From Alphaproteobacteria bacterium (GTDB lineage Bacteria; Pseudomonadota; Alphaproteobacteria; MPNO01), in NCBI GenBank assembly GCA_965248835.1, contig CBDFLJ010000002.1:672001-736000 (forward strand): a stretch of 64,000 bases of DNA, in the 5' to 3' direction. The position numbers were made by a program, and so were the translations under genes. Numbering within the stretch: position 1 is the first letter of the stretch; each line of letters opens with the position of its first letter. Of the stretch, positions 18,271 through 29,185 are shown one piece after another. A model generated the notes under the pieces. The model was given only the letters and a program-made list of their open reading frames with translations, did not search any database and had not been told where the DNA came from.

Positions 18271-19103
18271 GGGTCTCCGTCGTCACGATCTCCTTCAATC
18301 AGGCGCCCTTCCTCCAACGCGCAATCCGTTCGGTCGTGGAACAGGACCACGACGATATCGAATACATCGTCGTCGACCCGGGCTCGACCGACGGAAGCCG
18401 GGACATTATCGCGCGGTATCGCGACCGGATTTCCGTCACCGTCCTCGAGCCCGACGCGGGGCCCGCCGACGGCCTGAACAGGGGCTTCGCCCGGGCCACC
18501 GGCGACATCTTCGGCTATATCAACGCCGACGACGCCTACCTGCCCGGCGCAATCGGCAAGGCCGTCGACGCCTTTCGCGCGGCCCCGGACGCCGATGTCG
18601 TCTGCGGACACGGCTTTGTCGTGAACGCCAGCGGGACGGTCCGGCGGCGTTTCTATTCCGACCCGTTTTCCGCCTGGCGGTACGTTCACGGCGGGGTAAC
18701 GGTCATGCAGCAGTCAACGTTTTTTCGCCGCGACGCGTTTCACGCCGCCGGCGGCTTCAATCCCGAAAATCGAATCTGGTGGGACGGCGAGCTGTTGCTG
18801 GACATGTACCTGGCGGGAAGCCGGTTCGCCGTGGTCGACGACTTCTGGTCGATATTTACCATTCACGAAGCCTCGATTTCGGGACAGCGTGGCGGCCAAA
18901 GCGACGCGGCGCGGACACTCGAGGAACGTCGTCGACCCACCCAAGCGCGGTTCTACCGCAAGGCGATGGGCAGGCCGCCCGATAGCCTCACGTCATTTTG
19001 GTTCGCCGTGGCGCGGGTGCAGAAATGGCTGCTCAACCCTGTCGGCACGTCTTGGCGCGTCATCGAGAAGCTGGGGCTGCGGTTGGACCGCCCGCCGCTT
19101 TGA
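18267..19103 (+). CDS. GT2 glycosyltransferase
   Basis: VSVVTISFNQ, VVDPGSTDGS and YINADD. Confidence 0.9.
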   Translation: MRVSVVTISFNQAPFLQRAIRSVVEQDHDDIEYIVVDPGSTDGSRDIIARYRDRISVTVLEPDAGPADGLNRGFARATGDIFGYINADDAYLPGAIGKAVDAFRAAPDADVVCGHGFVVNASGTVRRRFYSDPFSAWRYVHGGVTVMQQSTFFRRDAFHAAGGFNPENRIWWDGELLLDMYLAGSRFAVVDDFWSIFTIHEASISGQRGGQSDAARTLEERRRPTQARFYRKAMGRPPDSLTSFWFAVARVQKWLLNPVGTSWRVIEKLGLRLDRPPL

Positions 19104-19105
19104 CG

Positions 19106-19759
19106 TTACGCCGATTTCTCCAACAGAACGGTTCGCTCGGTTCCGATGGGCGACGTGCATTTTCGAAGCGACGCGATTCGCAGACCGGCGGCCGCCGCCA
19201 TCCATTCCAGTTCTTCGAATATCACCGGATAGGATTCGACCAGGCGCCGGCGTCGCCAGATCTCGTAGTTCAGGTGGGTGAACACACCGAACGAACAGAT
19301 TACGCCCCGCCGCGCGATGCGTGAGAACTCGGCGAGCACCTGATATTGAATCGGTACCGGGAGGTGCTTGGTCAGCGCGTGGCTAAAGGTGTAGTCGATC
19401 GAACCGTCGTCGAGCGGCAGACGCTCTGCTTCGCCCGGCATGACCTCGATATCGAGGTTCATGGTCGCGGCGCGCTCGCCCGCGTAACGCTGCATGCCTT
19501 CGGAGATATCGATACCGATGATACGCCGCGCCCGCCGCGCCAGGACCGGCCACCATCGGCCGGTGCCGCAGGGGCAGTCGACGATCACGACGCCCGCCGG
19601 CAGCCGATCGACAAGCGCGCCCACCGCCTTCTGTTCGCGCCGGTAGAGGTAGCGGCCGACGAGGCTCGCGTAACGCTCCCGCTCGTAGTCGCGCGCGGCC
19701 GAATAGTCCTGGTAGCTGTCTTTGGCGCTGTAGGGAAACTGTTGGCGGTTCCGGTTCAC
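19106..19759 (-). CDS. Class I SAM-dependent methyltransferase
   Basis: VDCPCGTGR, GIDISEGM and AERLPL. GTGA overlap with the upstream gene. Confidence 0.85.
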   Translation of the reverse strand: MNRNRQQFPYSAKDSYQDYSAARDYERERYASLVGRYLYRREQKAVGALVDRLPAGVVIVDCPCGTGRWWPVLARRARRIIGIDISEGMQRYAGERAATMNLDIEVMPGEAERLPLDDGSIDYTFSHALTKHLPVPIQYQVLAEFSRIARRGVICSFGVFTHLNYEIWRRRRLVESYPVIFEELEWMAAAAGLRIASLRKCTSPIGTERTVLLEKSA

Positions 19760-20982
19760 GAGATCAACTCCCGATACACGCCGATCTTGACCGCCGCGGT
19801 CCGATCCAGCGACCATTCCCGTTCCGCTTTACGCCGCGCGCGCGCGGCGAGCGCTTGTCGCCGCGACCCATCGCGGACCAACGCCGCGACCGCATCTGCA
19901 AGCTCGTTCGGCGCCGATGGTGCGACCAGTACGCCCGCGCCGCCGCCGAGTATCTCAGGGATGATGCCCGAGCGGGTTCCGATCGAGGCGACGCCCGCCG
20001 CCATCGCCTCGAGCAGCGCATGCGCATCATGTTCCTGATGATCGTCCAAGATGCGCGAGGGCAGCACGAAGATATCGAGCTGGCGCAGAAAGTCCGCGAC
20101 CTCGGCATTGCTCACCGGTGGGAATACCTCCAGCCAATCGCCGCCGCCGGCCCGTTGCTCGAGGTCTGGCCCGAGTGTCCCCCGGCCAATAATCTTCAAC
20201 ACCACGCCCCGCGGGCCGTCATGGCGACAACGCGCGACGGCGGCGACCAGATCGGACACGCCCTTGTCTTCATCCAGCCGACCGCAATAACCCACGGTCA
20301 CGTTCTGCCGTTTGGACTCGCTGCACGCGCGGCGCGGCGCAAAATGCTCGATATCGACGCCGATGTGATGAACGACCGTGATGGCCTCGGCCCTGACCGC
20401 AAACGCCTCCCGACACAAGCGCTTCACCATTTCGCTCGCGGCGAGAACGTGATCTACGCGGCCGATGGAAAACCGCGCCAACCGGTCCTTGGCCCAGCCC
20501 CATACGCCGGGGTATCGCCGATAGGTGTTCTTCTTGAAGATACACACGATTTTCGCGCCGCGGCAATAAAGCGCCCGGCATATCAGGGCCTGCAGAAACA
20601 TGAGCGACCAGGGGTTGTATTCGACCTGGATGACATCCGGCTTGAACCGCGCGAAACCCATATCTGCCGTCAACAGAAGGTATTGCGCCGGCAGAACGTA
20701 GAGCGGACGGAAGATGCGGAAGAACCGCATCGCGAACGCGCTCTTATCGAACTGGTATTTGCGAAATACCAGCACGGGCCCCCAGGCCGGGCACACCACC
20801 ATGACGTCGGCTTGCCGTGACAACGCTACGATGTTCTTTCGATTCTCAGGCTCGAGATAAGTGTGTGAAACGACTGCGATCTTCAACGCGCGCCTCGCCA
20901 GCGGCCGTGTGGGAGAGTCTAGCATAGTCGCCACGACAATGGGGCCGTCTCGACATGGGTGACGCCAGAGCGGCTCACGCAC
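19756..20982 (-). CDS. GT4 glycosyltransferase
   Basis: CGRLDEDKG and VLPS...LLEAMAAG. Start uncertain. Confidence 0.85.
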   Translation of the reverse strand: MREPLWRHPCRDGPIVVATMLDSPTRPLARRALKIAVVSHTYLEPENRKNIVALSRQADVMVVCPAWGPVLVFRKYQFDKSAFAMRFFRIFRPLYVLPAQYLLLTADMGFARFKPDVIQVEYNPWSLMFLQALICRALYCRGAKIVCIFKKNTYRRYPGVWGWAKDRLARFSIGRVDHVLAASEMVKRLCREAFAVRAEAITVVHHIGVDIEHFAPRRACSESKRQNVTVGYCGRLDEDKGVSDLVAAVARCRHDGPRGVVLKIIGRGTLGPDLEQRAGGGDWLEVFPPVSNAEVADFLRQLDIFVLPSRILDDHQEHDAHALLEAMAAGVASIGTRSGIIPEILGGGAGVLVAPSAPNELADAVAALVRDGSRRQALAARARRKAEREWSLDRTAAVKIGVYRELIS

Positions 20983-22759
20983 ACGAATAGCAATCCCGGT
21001 GAACTATGCGCGCCCAGCCGCGCAGGCCGCGCGCGCGGCCGGCGGCGCCCTGAAGCCAGTCGCGCACCGGCACGGCAAACCCGGTCTTGGGCCGCGAGAG
21101 CACCGCGTCGGGAAGTGGCGTCTTCGGCGTCCGTGCCATGTCGCGCTTGCCCGGCGCAGCCGCCGACACCAGCAGCGGCGCCAGCGCCCGGAACAGATCG
21201 GCATCGACCAGCGGCACGCGAATCTCGAGCGAATGCGCCATGCCGGCCCAGTCGGCGTCGCGCAGGAGCTGGTTGCGCATGTACCAGCCGATCTCGAGCG
21301 TCGAAACCGCCGCCCGCCCTCCGCCGAGACGGCCGACTCCGGCCTCAAGGCGCGCCAGCGCATCCAGCGCGCGCCAGCCGTCGCGGAGCATCTCGCCGTC
21401 GAGCAGATCGCCGAGCTCCCAGGGCATGAACAGCCCGCGGCGCAGGAGGTAGGCGTCGCCATAGCTGGTGCCCAATTCGAGGAGCCCAGCGAATTTCGGC
21501 GACGTGATTCGCCGCACCAGCGGCGCCGCGAGCAAGCGGAAGCCCCGTCCGAGGGCACGCAACGGTCTGAGCGGTCCCAGCGCGCCGACGATCCGCGGCA
21601 GTTGGCGGAAGCTCGGATAACCGCCGAACAGCTCGTCGCCGCCCAACCCCGACAGCGCCACCTTCAAGCCGGTCCCGGCGGTCACCTTGGCCACGAAGTA
21701 GGTGTTGACCCCGTCGATGCTCGGCTGGTCCATGGCCCGGAGCAGCCCCTCGCGGTCGGCCGCGAAATCGGCGCCGCGCACCCGTTCCGTGCGATGCTCG
21801 GCGCCGTAGGTGCGGGCGGTTTCCGCGGCCAGCGGTGATTCGTCCCCGGCCGTACCCGCATATTCGTCGAATGCGAGCGTCACCGTGCGCAGCACCTCGC
21901 CGGCCTGCTCGGCGGCGAGCCCCAGAAGCGTCGCCGAATCGAGCCCGGCGGACAGAAATACTCCCACCGGCACGTCGGCGACAAGATGATGCCCCACGCT
22001 GTCGGCCAGGGCGGCGCGCAGGCGTTCGCCGTTCGTCGCGGCCGGCGCGTCGGCGGCTTGGGCGAATTCCTCGGCCACGTCGAAGAAGCGCTGCGGCGCC
22101 CGCGGACCGTTCTCGTCGACCCACAGGGTCGATCCGGCGGGCAGCGCCCGCACGCCGGCGAACATGGTGTGGGGCTCCGGGACATAGCCCCATAGATAAA
22201 AGCCGACGTGGCCAGCGGGGTCCGGCGCGGTGGCGATCCGTCCACCGGCGAGCAACGCCTTGACCTGGGACGCGATACGGAATCCGGCGCCGTCGTCGGC
22301 GTAGTACAGCGGCTTTATGCCGAACGGGTCGCGGGCGAGGAACAGCCCGCGCCTGGCCTCGTCCCAGATGGCCAGGGCATACATGCCGCGCAAGGCGTGC
22401 ACCATGTCGGGACCATCGCGGTCGTAGAGATGCAGCAGCACCTCGGTGTCGGACTGGGACCGGAAGGCGCGCCCCTCGGTGATGAGCTGGCCGCGCAGCG
22501 CCCGGTAATTATAGATCTCGCCGTTGAAAACGATATGCAGGCCCCGGTTGCCGTGGCGCATCGGCTGGGCGCCCGCCGGGCTGAGGTCGATGATCGTAAG
22601 CCGCCGGTGCGCGAGCCCGATGCGGCCGTCGTCCGACAACCACAGACCCGCGCCGTCGGGGCCGCGCGCGGTCATCGAATCGCGGATCGCCAGTAGCTCG
22701 GCCTGGTCGACCGGCGGGGCCTCCGCGCCATAGGCGAAAATACCCGCTATCCCGCACAT
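20975..22759 (-). CDS. asnB: Asparagine synthase (glutamine-hydrolysing)-like amidotransferase
   Basis: MCGIAG, RGPD, HRRL, NGEIYN, RDPFGIKPLY, LSAGLDS, LSGLGGDE and EIRVPLVD. Confidence 0.9.
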   Translation of the reverse strand: MCGIAGIFAYGAEAPPVDQAELLAIRDSMTARGPDGAGLWLSDDGRIGLAHRRLTIIDLSPAGAQPMRHGNRGLHIVFNGEIYNYRALRGQLITEGRAFRSQSDTEVLLHLYDRDGPDMVHALRGMYALAIWDEARRGLFLARDPFGIKPLYYADDGAGFRIASQVKALLAGGRIATAPDPAGHVGFYLWGYVPEPHTMFAGVRALPAGSTLWVDENGPRAPQRFFDVAEEFAQAADAPAATNGERLRAALADSVGHHLVADVPVGVFLSAGLDSATLLGLAAEQAGEVLRTVTLAFDEYAGTAGDESPLAAETARTYGAEHRTERVRGADFAADREGLLRAMDQPSIDGVNTYFVAKVTAGTGLKVALSGLGGDELFGGYPSFRQLPRIVGALGPLRPLRALGRGFRLLAAPLVRRITSPKFAGLLELGTSYGDAYLLRRGLFMPWELGDLLDGEMLRDGWRALDALARLEAGVGRLGGGRAAVSTLEIGWYMRNQLLRDADWAGMAHSLEIRVPLVDADLFRALAPLLVSAAAPGKRDMARTPKTPLPDAVLSRPKTGFAVPVRDWLQGAAGRARGLRGWARIVHRDCYSCA

Positions 22760-23018
22760 CGCTGTCCGCCCCCGGCGGCCTGGTTCGCGCGCATGGTAAC
22801 AGCCGCCCCCGCGCTACGACAGCACAGCGAAGCGTCGCGAAGGGTTGCGGCGGAAACACGGCTACCCCCGAGCGCATCGTGTTGATTCCATTGCCCGGGT
22901 TTCGGCGCGGCGGCCGCCTATTCGATGGAGAAGACTCGTGTGAATCGATCGTCTGACGACGCAGGTCGGCTATCGTCTACTCCTGCCGAACCCTCGGGCG
23001 CGCGCCTGGATTCAAAAG

Positions 23019-23767
23019 ATGCTGTTTCCGGACCGGGACGAAACCGTGCGATTGATCGGCGCCGATGTCCGCATCAATTCGCAGCGCGAGTTCGGGTACT
23101 GGCGCGCCTCCCGCCTGCAACAGGCGAGTATCGACTTCCGCCACGAAGTCGCGCCCATGATGGCGGTCTGCGCGCTGGTGCGCGACGGCACGACCTTCGT
23201 CGATTGCGGCGCGAACGTCGGCTTGTGGACGGCCAACCTGCTGCGCCTCGGGGCGCTGTTTCCGACCCTTACCGTGCTTGCCTTCGAGCCGAACCCCAAC
23301 ACCTTCGCGCGCCTCCGCCGCACCGTCGGCGACTCCCCGTCGGTCGAACTCCAGCCGGTCGCGCTGTCCGATGTCGAAGGCGAGCGACCATGAGCGAAGG
23401 GGTGGTGTCTGGCGTGAGCACGATCGATACGGACACCCATGGACTGGGCGGCGCATACGGGCGCAGCTTCGGCGTGCCCGTCCACCGTCTCGACCCGTAT
23501 TTGGCCGGGCGCCGCAACCTCATCATCAAGATCGACGTCGAAGACCACGAGTTGAAGGTCCTGCGCGGCGCCGAGAGGGCCTTCGCGGAACGGCGCGTGG
23601 ACGCGGTGTTCGTCGACGGCTTCAAGCCGAGCGACGAGGCGGACATTTCGGGTGTCTTGCGCGGCGCGGGTTTCGGCCTGCTCAACGCACGGACGCTTCA
23701 ATCCTATGCGTCGGGCGACACCTCCATCCTCGCGGTTCCGGCGGCCGGAGGCAGCGGCACCGCGTAG
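23019..23767 (+). pseudogene. FkbM-family methyltransferase, frameshifted near 23390
   Basis: FVDCGANVG and AFEPNP in one frame, IKIDVEDHE in another. Confidence 0.75.
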
Positions 23768-23781
23768 CAGGCAGCGCGTCG

Positions 23782-24624
23782 CTACTTGCCGAAATTCGGC
23801 AAGAGCGCACCCGTTCGCGAACCATAGAGGTAGGCGATCTCTTCGGGCGCGACGGCGTCGCCAAATTCGTCGGTCCAGATCACCGAGAATCCGTGGTCGC
23901 GGAGAACGTCGACCAGGATCGAGGGCACGCCCTCCGCCGGGTGTACCTCGAGCGTCAGGTCGTCGACCAATCCGAGCCATTCGTTGTTTCGAGTGAGGAG
24001 CGAAATTTCGCTTCCTTCGATGTCGACCTTGAGGAACGAGACGCGCTCGATCGAGAATCGATCGATGATCTCGGGCATCGTCGTAACCGTCACATCTTGC
24101 CAGTCGAAACTATCGGCCCAATGCTCGGCGCTCTCGGAGTTGCCGTCCAAGACCGCCTTGGCCACCCAGCGGATGTTGGCGTGCCGCTCGCACAGCTTGC
24201 GCGAATAGGCGTGATCGCTGTACGCGGCCTCGATGGCGATGACGACGTTTTGGCGATCGCCGAGATTGCTCAGCACCTCGCTTACGAGTCCGACGTTGGC
24301 GCCGATGTCGACGCAGGTGTCGAAGCGCAGCCGACTGGGGTCGAAGGGCCGGAAATAGGCGTTTCGTCCGATGAACTCGCGCAGCCCCGCGAACGGGTTG
24401 CCGCCATCCCGGCCCATCAGATCGAGATCGATAGAGAACCGCTTGCCGTTGAGGCGGAACTCGGTTTCGCCTTTCATTTGCAGATCGGCGGCATAGAATT
24501 TCCGCGATCGAACAATGCTCACGGCGTTCAGCAAAACGTAAACGCAATATCGAAGCGCCGTCCCGGCGCGGCACATCCGCCAAACATTGCACAGCTCGCG
24601 GAGGAAACGAATGAGAGTCGTCAA
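23782..24624 (-). CDS. FkbM-like methyltransferase
   Basis: VDIGANVG and FLKVDIEGSE. Confidence 0.8.
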   Translation of the reverse strand: MTTLIRFLRELCNVWRMCRAGTALRYCVYVLLNAVSIVRSRKFYAADLQMKGETEFRLNGKRFSIDLDLMGRDGGNPFAGLREFIGRNAYFRPFDPSRLRFDTCVDIGANVGLVSEVLSNLGDRQNVVIAIEAAYSDHAYSRKLCERHANIRWVAKAVLDGNSESAEHWADSFDWQDVTVTTMPEIIDRFSIERVSFLKVDIEGSEISLLTRNNEWLGLVDDLTLEVHPAEGVPSILVDVLRDHGFSVIWTDEFGDAVAPEEIAYLYGSRTGALLPNFGK

Positions 24625-24862
24625 TTCGAGGTCAATCCCAGATTGTCAATCCGCGAAAGATGCCTAGGCTCGCAATGGCTGCCTGGCGCCAAGAAATGAC
24701 CTTGCGGCTATGGTCGACCGCGCCGAATCGTGGAGCCCATCGAATCTCCGCGGTTCGACGTCGATAAATCAACGAGCGCGCGACCATAGCGCATTCTGGT
24801 GAGCCCATGGAGACGAATCAACCGGTGACAAGAGTGTCGTGTCCGAGCTGTGTACCAACCGA

Positions 24863-26065
24863 ATGAAAATTCTTCACGTCATCGCCAACCTCGCGCCACG
24901 TTACGGCGGACCCTCGAAGGCATGCCGCGACATGGCCCGCGCGATCGCGCAGCGAGGCCACGCGGTGAGCATCTTCACCACCAACATGGACGGTGCCGGC
25001 GAACTGGACGTGCCGACGGATAGGCCGGTGGTCGAGGACGATGTCGCGGTGTCCTATTTTCCCGTCGGCGTTCCCCGCTTCTGGGGAACGTCATGGCCGC
25101 TGGCGGCGGGTTTGAAGCGGGCGATTCCGGGCTTCGACGTCGTGCATCTCCACTCTCTCTACCTGTTCCACGACTGGGCGACCGGACACTACTGTCAGGC
25201 TGCGGGCGTGCCCTATATTCTGCGCCCCCACGGCACGCTGGACCCGTACATCTATCACCGCCACCGCCTGCGCAAGGCGGTGATGGAGACGTTGTTCCAG
25301 AACCGCGTGCTACGCGGCGCAGCGGCAATCCACTACACCACCGAGGAAGAAATGCGCCTCGCCGAGCCCTTCGCCTGCGGCGCGCCCGGCGCGGTCGTTC
25401 CGCTCGGTCTGGATATCGCCGAATACGGAAACCTGCCGCCACCGGGATCCTTCCGCGCCCGCCATTCCGAGATCGGCGACAAGACCATCGTGCTGTTCTT
25501 CGGGCGCCTCAACTTCAAGAAGGGTCTCGACATCCTCGCCCGCGCTTACGGCTCGGTGGCTTCCGCGCGCGACGACGTGCACCTCGTCCTCGCCGGGCCC
25601 GACGACGGCATGTTGGCCAAGGCCAGGGCGTGGCTGGGCGAGGCGGGCGTGCTCGACCACGCAACGTTTACCGGCATGCTGCTCGGAGAGGAAAAGCTCG
25701 CGTTGCTGCGTGACGCCGATCTGTTCGTCCTGCCGTCGCACAGCGAAAACTTCGGCATCGCCGTGGTCGAGGCGATGGCCTGCGGCCTGCCGGTGGCGAT
25801 CTCCGACAAGGTCAATATCTGGCGAGAGGTCGAAGGCGCCGGCGCCGGAACGGTCGCGCCGCCCGAGGCCGAGGCATTCGCGGCGGCGCTCGCCGGGCTT
25901 CTCGACGACCCGGCGCTGCGCCGGACCATGGGCGAAGCCGGACAACGGCTGGTCGCGGACGCCTTCGATAGCAGCCGCGTAGCCGAGCGGCTCGAAGCTC
26001 TGTACACTGCGGTCGCCGGCGGAGAGCGGCCGAACCAAGGCACGCCGCGCCGCGCGTGGTCGTAA
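24863..26065 (+). CDS. GT4 glycosyltransferase
   Basis: MKILHV, GRLNFKKG and PSHSENFGIAVVEAMACG. Confidence 0.9.
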   Translation: MKILHVIANLAPRYGGPSKACRDMARAIAQRGHAVSIFTTNMDGAGELDVPTDRPVVEDDVAVSYFPVGVPRFWGTSWPLAAGLKRAIPGFDVVHLHSLYLFHDWATGHYCQAAGVPYILRPHGTLDPYIYHRHRLRKAVMETLFQNRVLRGAAAIHYTTEEEMRLAEPFACGAPGAVVPLGLDIAEYGNLPPPGSFRARHSEIGDKTIVLFFGRLNFKKGLDILARAYGSVASARDDVHLVLAGPDDGMLAKARAWLGEAGVLDHATFTGMLLGEEKLALLRDADLFVLPSHSENFGIAVVEAMACGLPVAISDKVNIWREVEGAGAGTVAPPEAEAFAAALAGLLDDPALRRTMGEAGQRLVADAFDSSRVAERLEALYTAVAGGERPNQGTPRRAWS

Positions 26066-26077
26066 CCCTGGGAGCCG

Positions 26078-26953
26078 ATGGAGACCCTGCCCCTTTCGGT
26101 CCTTGTTCCGACCCGGGACGAAGCCCGCAATATCGCCGACTGTCTCGCCGCCGTTGCCTTCGCGGACGAGCGGATCGTCTTCGATTCACACTCGACCGAC
26201 GAGACCCTGGCGCTCGCGCAAACAGCCGGGGCGCGTATCGTCCTACGCCAATTCGATGTGTTCTCTCGGCACAAGAACTGGGCGCTCGACAACATCGAGT
26301 TCGCGCACGACTGGATCCTCATCGTCGACGCCGATGAGAGGGTAACGCCCGAGCTCGCCGCCGAGATCGCCGCCACCCTCCGCGCTGCGGACGCGGCGGA
26401 CGGCTACTACATCGCCCGGCGGAACCTGTTCCAGGGCAAATGGATCCGCCACGCCGGCATGTATCCCGACTGGCAGTTGCGGCTGTTCCGGCGGGGCAAG
26501 GCGCGCTATGAGGACCGTATCGTCCACGAGCACATGGTGGTCCACGGCCGCGCCGCCTTCCTTCGCCACCACTTCGTCCACCACGACTTCAAGGGCATCG
26601 AGCGCTACTTCGAGCGCCACAACCACTACACCAGCCTCGAAGCCGTCGAAATCCACCGCTTGCTGAATGCGCTGCCCGGAAGCGACCGGGTCATCGCCGG
26701 CGATCTGTCGGCGCCCGGACCCCAGCGCCGGCGCGCGATCAAGCACTTCGCCTACCGCCACCTACCGGGGCGGGCGTTCCTGATGTTTCTGTACATGTAC
26801 GCATGGAAGCTCGGCTTTCTCGACGGCCGCATCGGCTTCCGCTACTGCCTGATACGCGCCTTTCACGAATATCAGATCAGCCTGAAGCTTCTCGAATTGC
26901 GCGAGGCGGACTCGCCCATGGCGTCCAAGTACAAGGACTACATCACGCGATGA
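26078..26953 (+). CDS. GT2 glycosyltransferase (beta-glucosyltransferase-like)
   Basis: SVLVPTRDEA, DSHSTDET, VDADERV and RIVHEH. Confidence 0.9.
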   Translation: METLPLSVLVPTRDEARNIADCLAAVAFADERIVFDSHSTDETLALAQTAGARIVLRQFDVFSRHKNWALDNIEFAHDWILIVDADERVTPELAAEIAATLRAADAADGYYIARRNLFQGKWIRHAGMYPDWQLRLFRRGKARYEDRIVHEHMVVHGRAAFLRHHFVHHDFKGIERYFERHNHYTSLEAVEIHRLLNALPGSDRVIAGDLSAPGPQRRRAIKHFAYRHLPGRAFLMFLYMYAWKLGFLDGRIGFRYCLIRAFHEYQISLKLLELREADSPMASKYKDYITR

Positions 26954-27894
26954 ACGTCGAGCGTTGCCTGGTTTGCGGCGGCGCGCTGGTAGTGGTGTTG
27001 CGCGGGCTGGAGGATACGCGGTTCGGCGCGCCGGGGCGCTTCGATATCGCGCGCTGCGACGCCTGCAGCGTCGAGCAGACCGTACCGCGGCCATCGGCGG
27101 ATGAGCTCGCGGCGCTCTACGAGGCGCATTACAACTTCGGCGGCTCGCGCGAGGATTCGCGCTATAGCCGGCTGCGCGCGGCGCTTCTCGCCTCGCCGCT
27201 CTACCGCCTGTGGGTCGCCATCGACGGCGATATCTCGTTTCACGGTGTCTATTGCGCGCGTCCGGGCCAGCGCCTGCTCGATATCGGCTGCAACGAGGGC
27301 CGCGGCCTCGCCCTGTACTGCGCCGGCGGTTTCACCGTCGAGGGGCTCGAGCCCAACGGAGTCGCCGCCGCGCAGGCGCGATCACGTGGCTTCACTGTGC
27401 ACGGCGAGACGCTGGGCGCGTTCCGACCCGACCAGCCGTTCGACGTCGTCGTCCTTTCGAACGTCCTCGAGCACGCCCTGGATCCGCGGCGGATGCTCGT
27501 CGAGGCCCGGCGCCTGCTGGCGGCGGGCGGCGAGCTTTGGGTAAGCTGCCCGAACAGCGAGAGCTGGCTGCGCCGGCTGTTCGGGCGTCACTGGATCAAC
27601 TGGCACGTCCCCTACCACATCGTGCATTTCTCGCGGACGACGCTCGCCCGCCTGCTCGGCGAAGCGGGCTTCGCCATCGGCGACTCGCGCCAGGCGACGC
27701 CCGCCCTGTGGGTCGCGCACTCGGTGATCGTGACGCTCTTCGCCAGGCCCGGCCGGGCAACGCGGACGCTGCGCCGTCCGCTACTGGTCATGGCGCTGAT
27801 GGCGGCGGCGCGCGGCCCGGGCTTTCCGCTTCTGTGGCTCGCCAACCGCCTGGGACGAGGCGATTGCCTGGTGGTCCGGGCGTACAAGGTGTAG
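26950..27894 (+). CDS. Class I SAM-dependent methyltransferase with an N-terminal Cys cluster
   Basis: CLVC..CDAC, LLDIGCNEG and NVLEHALDP. Confidence 0.85.
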   Translation: MNVERCLVCGGALVVVLRGLEDTRFGAPGRFDIARCDACSVEQTVPRPSADELAALYEAHYNFGGSREDSRYSRLRAALLASPLYRLWVAIDGDISFHGVYCARPGQRLLDIGCNEGRGLALYCAGGFTVEGLEPNGVAAAQARSRGFTVHGETLGAFRPDQPFDVVVLSNVLEHALDPRRMLVEARRLLAAGGELWVSCPNSESWLRRLFGRHWINWHVPYHIVHFSRTTLARLLGEAGFAIGDSRQATPALWVAHSVIVTLFARPGRATRTLRRPLLVMALMAAARGPGFPLLWLANRLGRGDCLVVRAYKV

Positions 27895-27897
27895 CCC

Positions 27898-29154
27898 GTG
27901 CGGGTCCTGCTCTACACCCTGAACCACGCGCCCGAGATGATCGGCGTGGGCAAGTACACGGGCGAGATGGCCGCCTGGCTGTCGGACCGCGGATACCAGG
28001 TCCGGGTGATCGCGGCCCCGCCCTACTACCCCGCCTGGCGGGTCGTCGAAGGCTACCGCGCGGGCCGCTACGCGCGCGAGCGGCGCGACGGGGCGACGGT
28101 TTACCGCTGCCCGATTTACGTGCCCCGGCGGCCGTCGGGGCTGCGACGCGTGCTCCACCTCGCGTCCTTCGCACTTAGCAGCCTTCCCGTCGCCTTGTGG
28201 CAAGGGCTCGTCTGGCGTCCCGCGGCGGTGTTCGTCGTCGAGCCGACGCTGCTGTGCGCACCGGCCGCCTGGGCGGCGGCCCGTCTGGGCGGCGCTGCAG
28301 CGTGGCTTCACGTTCAGGATTTCGAGGCCGACGTCGCCTTCGAGCTCGGCCTCGTCGAGGGCGCTTGGACGCGCCGGGCGGTCGAAGGCCTCGAGCGCGC
28401 CCTGATGCGCCGCTTCGACGCGGTATCGGCGATTTCTCCGGGTATGTGCGAGCGCCTCGCGGACAAGCGTGTCACGCGCGACCGCATAGCGCTCTTCGAG
28501 AACTGGGTCGACACGCGCACCATCCATCCCCTGGACGGCGCCAGCCCGATGCGCGCCGAGCTCGGCATCGATCCCGCGGCGGTGGTTGCGCTCTACGCGG
28601 GAAACATGGGCGAGAAGCAGGGGCTGGAAACCCTTATCGACGCCGCGCGCCGGCTCGCCGATCACCGCGACATCCTCTTCGTGATGGCCGGCGACGGCGT
28701 GGCGCGCGAGCGGCTGGAGGCCGAGGCGCGAGGGCTCGCCAACCTGCGGCTCATGCCGCTCCAGCCGTCGGGGCGGCTCAACGACCTTCTCAACGTCGCC
28801 GACATCCATCTGCTGCCCCAGCGCCGGGAGGCGGCCGATCTGGTCATGCCGTCGAAGCTCGTCGGCATGCTCGCGACCGGCAGGCCGGTCGCCGCGGGCG
28901 CCGCGCCGGGAACCGAAGTCGCCGCGCTCGTCGGTAGCCGTGGCGTCGTCGTCGCGCCCGACGACGGCGCGGCCATGGCCGCCGCCATCCTATCGCTGGC
29001 CGCCGATCCTGACCGGAGAAAACTACTGGGCGCCGCGGCGCGCGACCTCACCGTGGCCGAGTTCGATAAGGGCGTGGTGTTGTCGCGCTTCGCCGAACGG
29101 CTCGAATCGCTCGCATCGGCCGCGGGAGGGCACTGTCAGAGTAACTCGCCTTGA
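27898..29154 (+). CDS. wcaI: WcaI-like GT4 glycosyltransferase; last codons supplied by the IS6 end
   Basis: NHAPEMIGVGKYTGEMA, PPYYPAW, GNMGEKQGLE and DLVMPSKL. Confidence 0.85.
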   Translation: MRVLLYTLNHAPEMIGVGKYTGEMAAWLSDRGYQVRVIAAPPYYPAWRVVEGYRAGRYARERRDGATVYRCPIYVPRRPSGLRRVLHLASFALSSLPVALWQGLVWRPAAVFVVEPTLLCAPAAWAAARLGGAAAWLHVQDFEADVAFELGLVEGAWTRRAVEGLERALMRRFDAVSAISPGMCERLADKRVTRDRIALFENWVDTRTIHPLDGASPMRAELGIDPAAVVALYAGNMGEKQGLETLIDAARRLADHRDILFVMAGDGVARERLEAEARGLANLRLMPLQPSGRLNDLLNVADIHLLPQRREAADLVMPSKLVGMLATGRPVAAGAAPGTEVAALVGSRGVVVAPDDGAAMAAAILSLAADPDRRKLLGAAARDLTVAEFDKGVVLSRFAERLESLASAAGGHCQSNSP

Positions 29155-29185
29155 GCCGTGAAGTAAGCTCTCGTAACCTCCAGCG

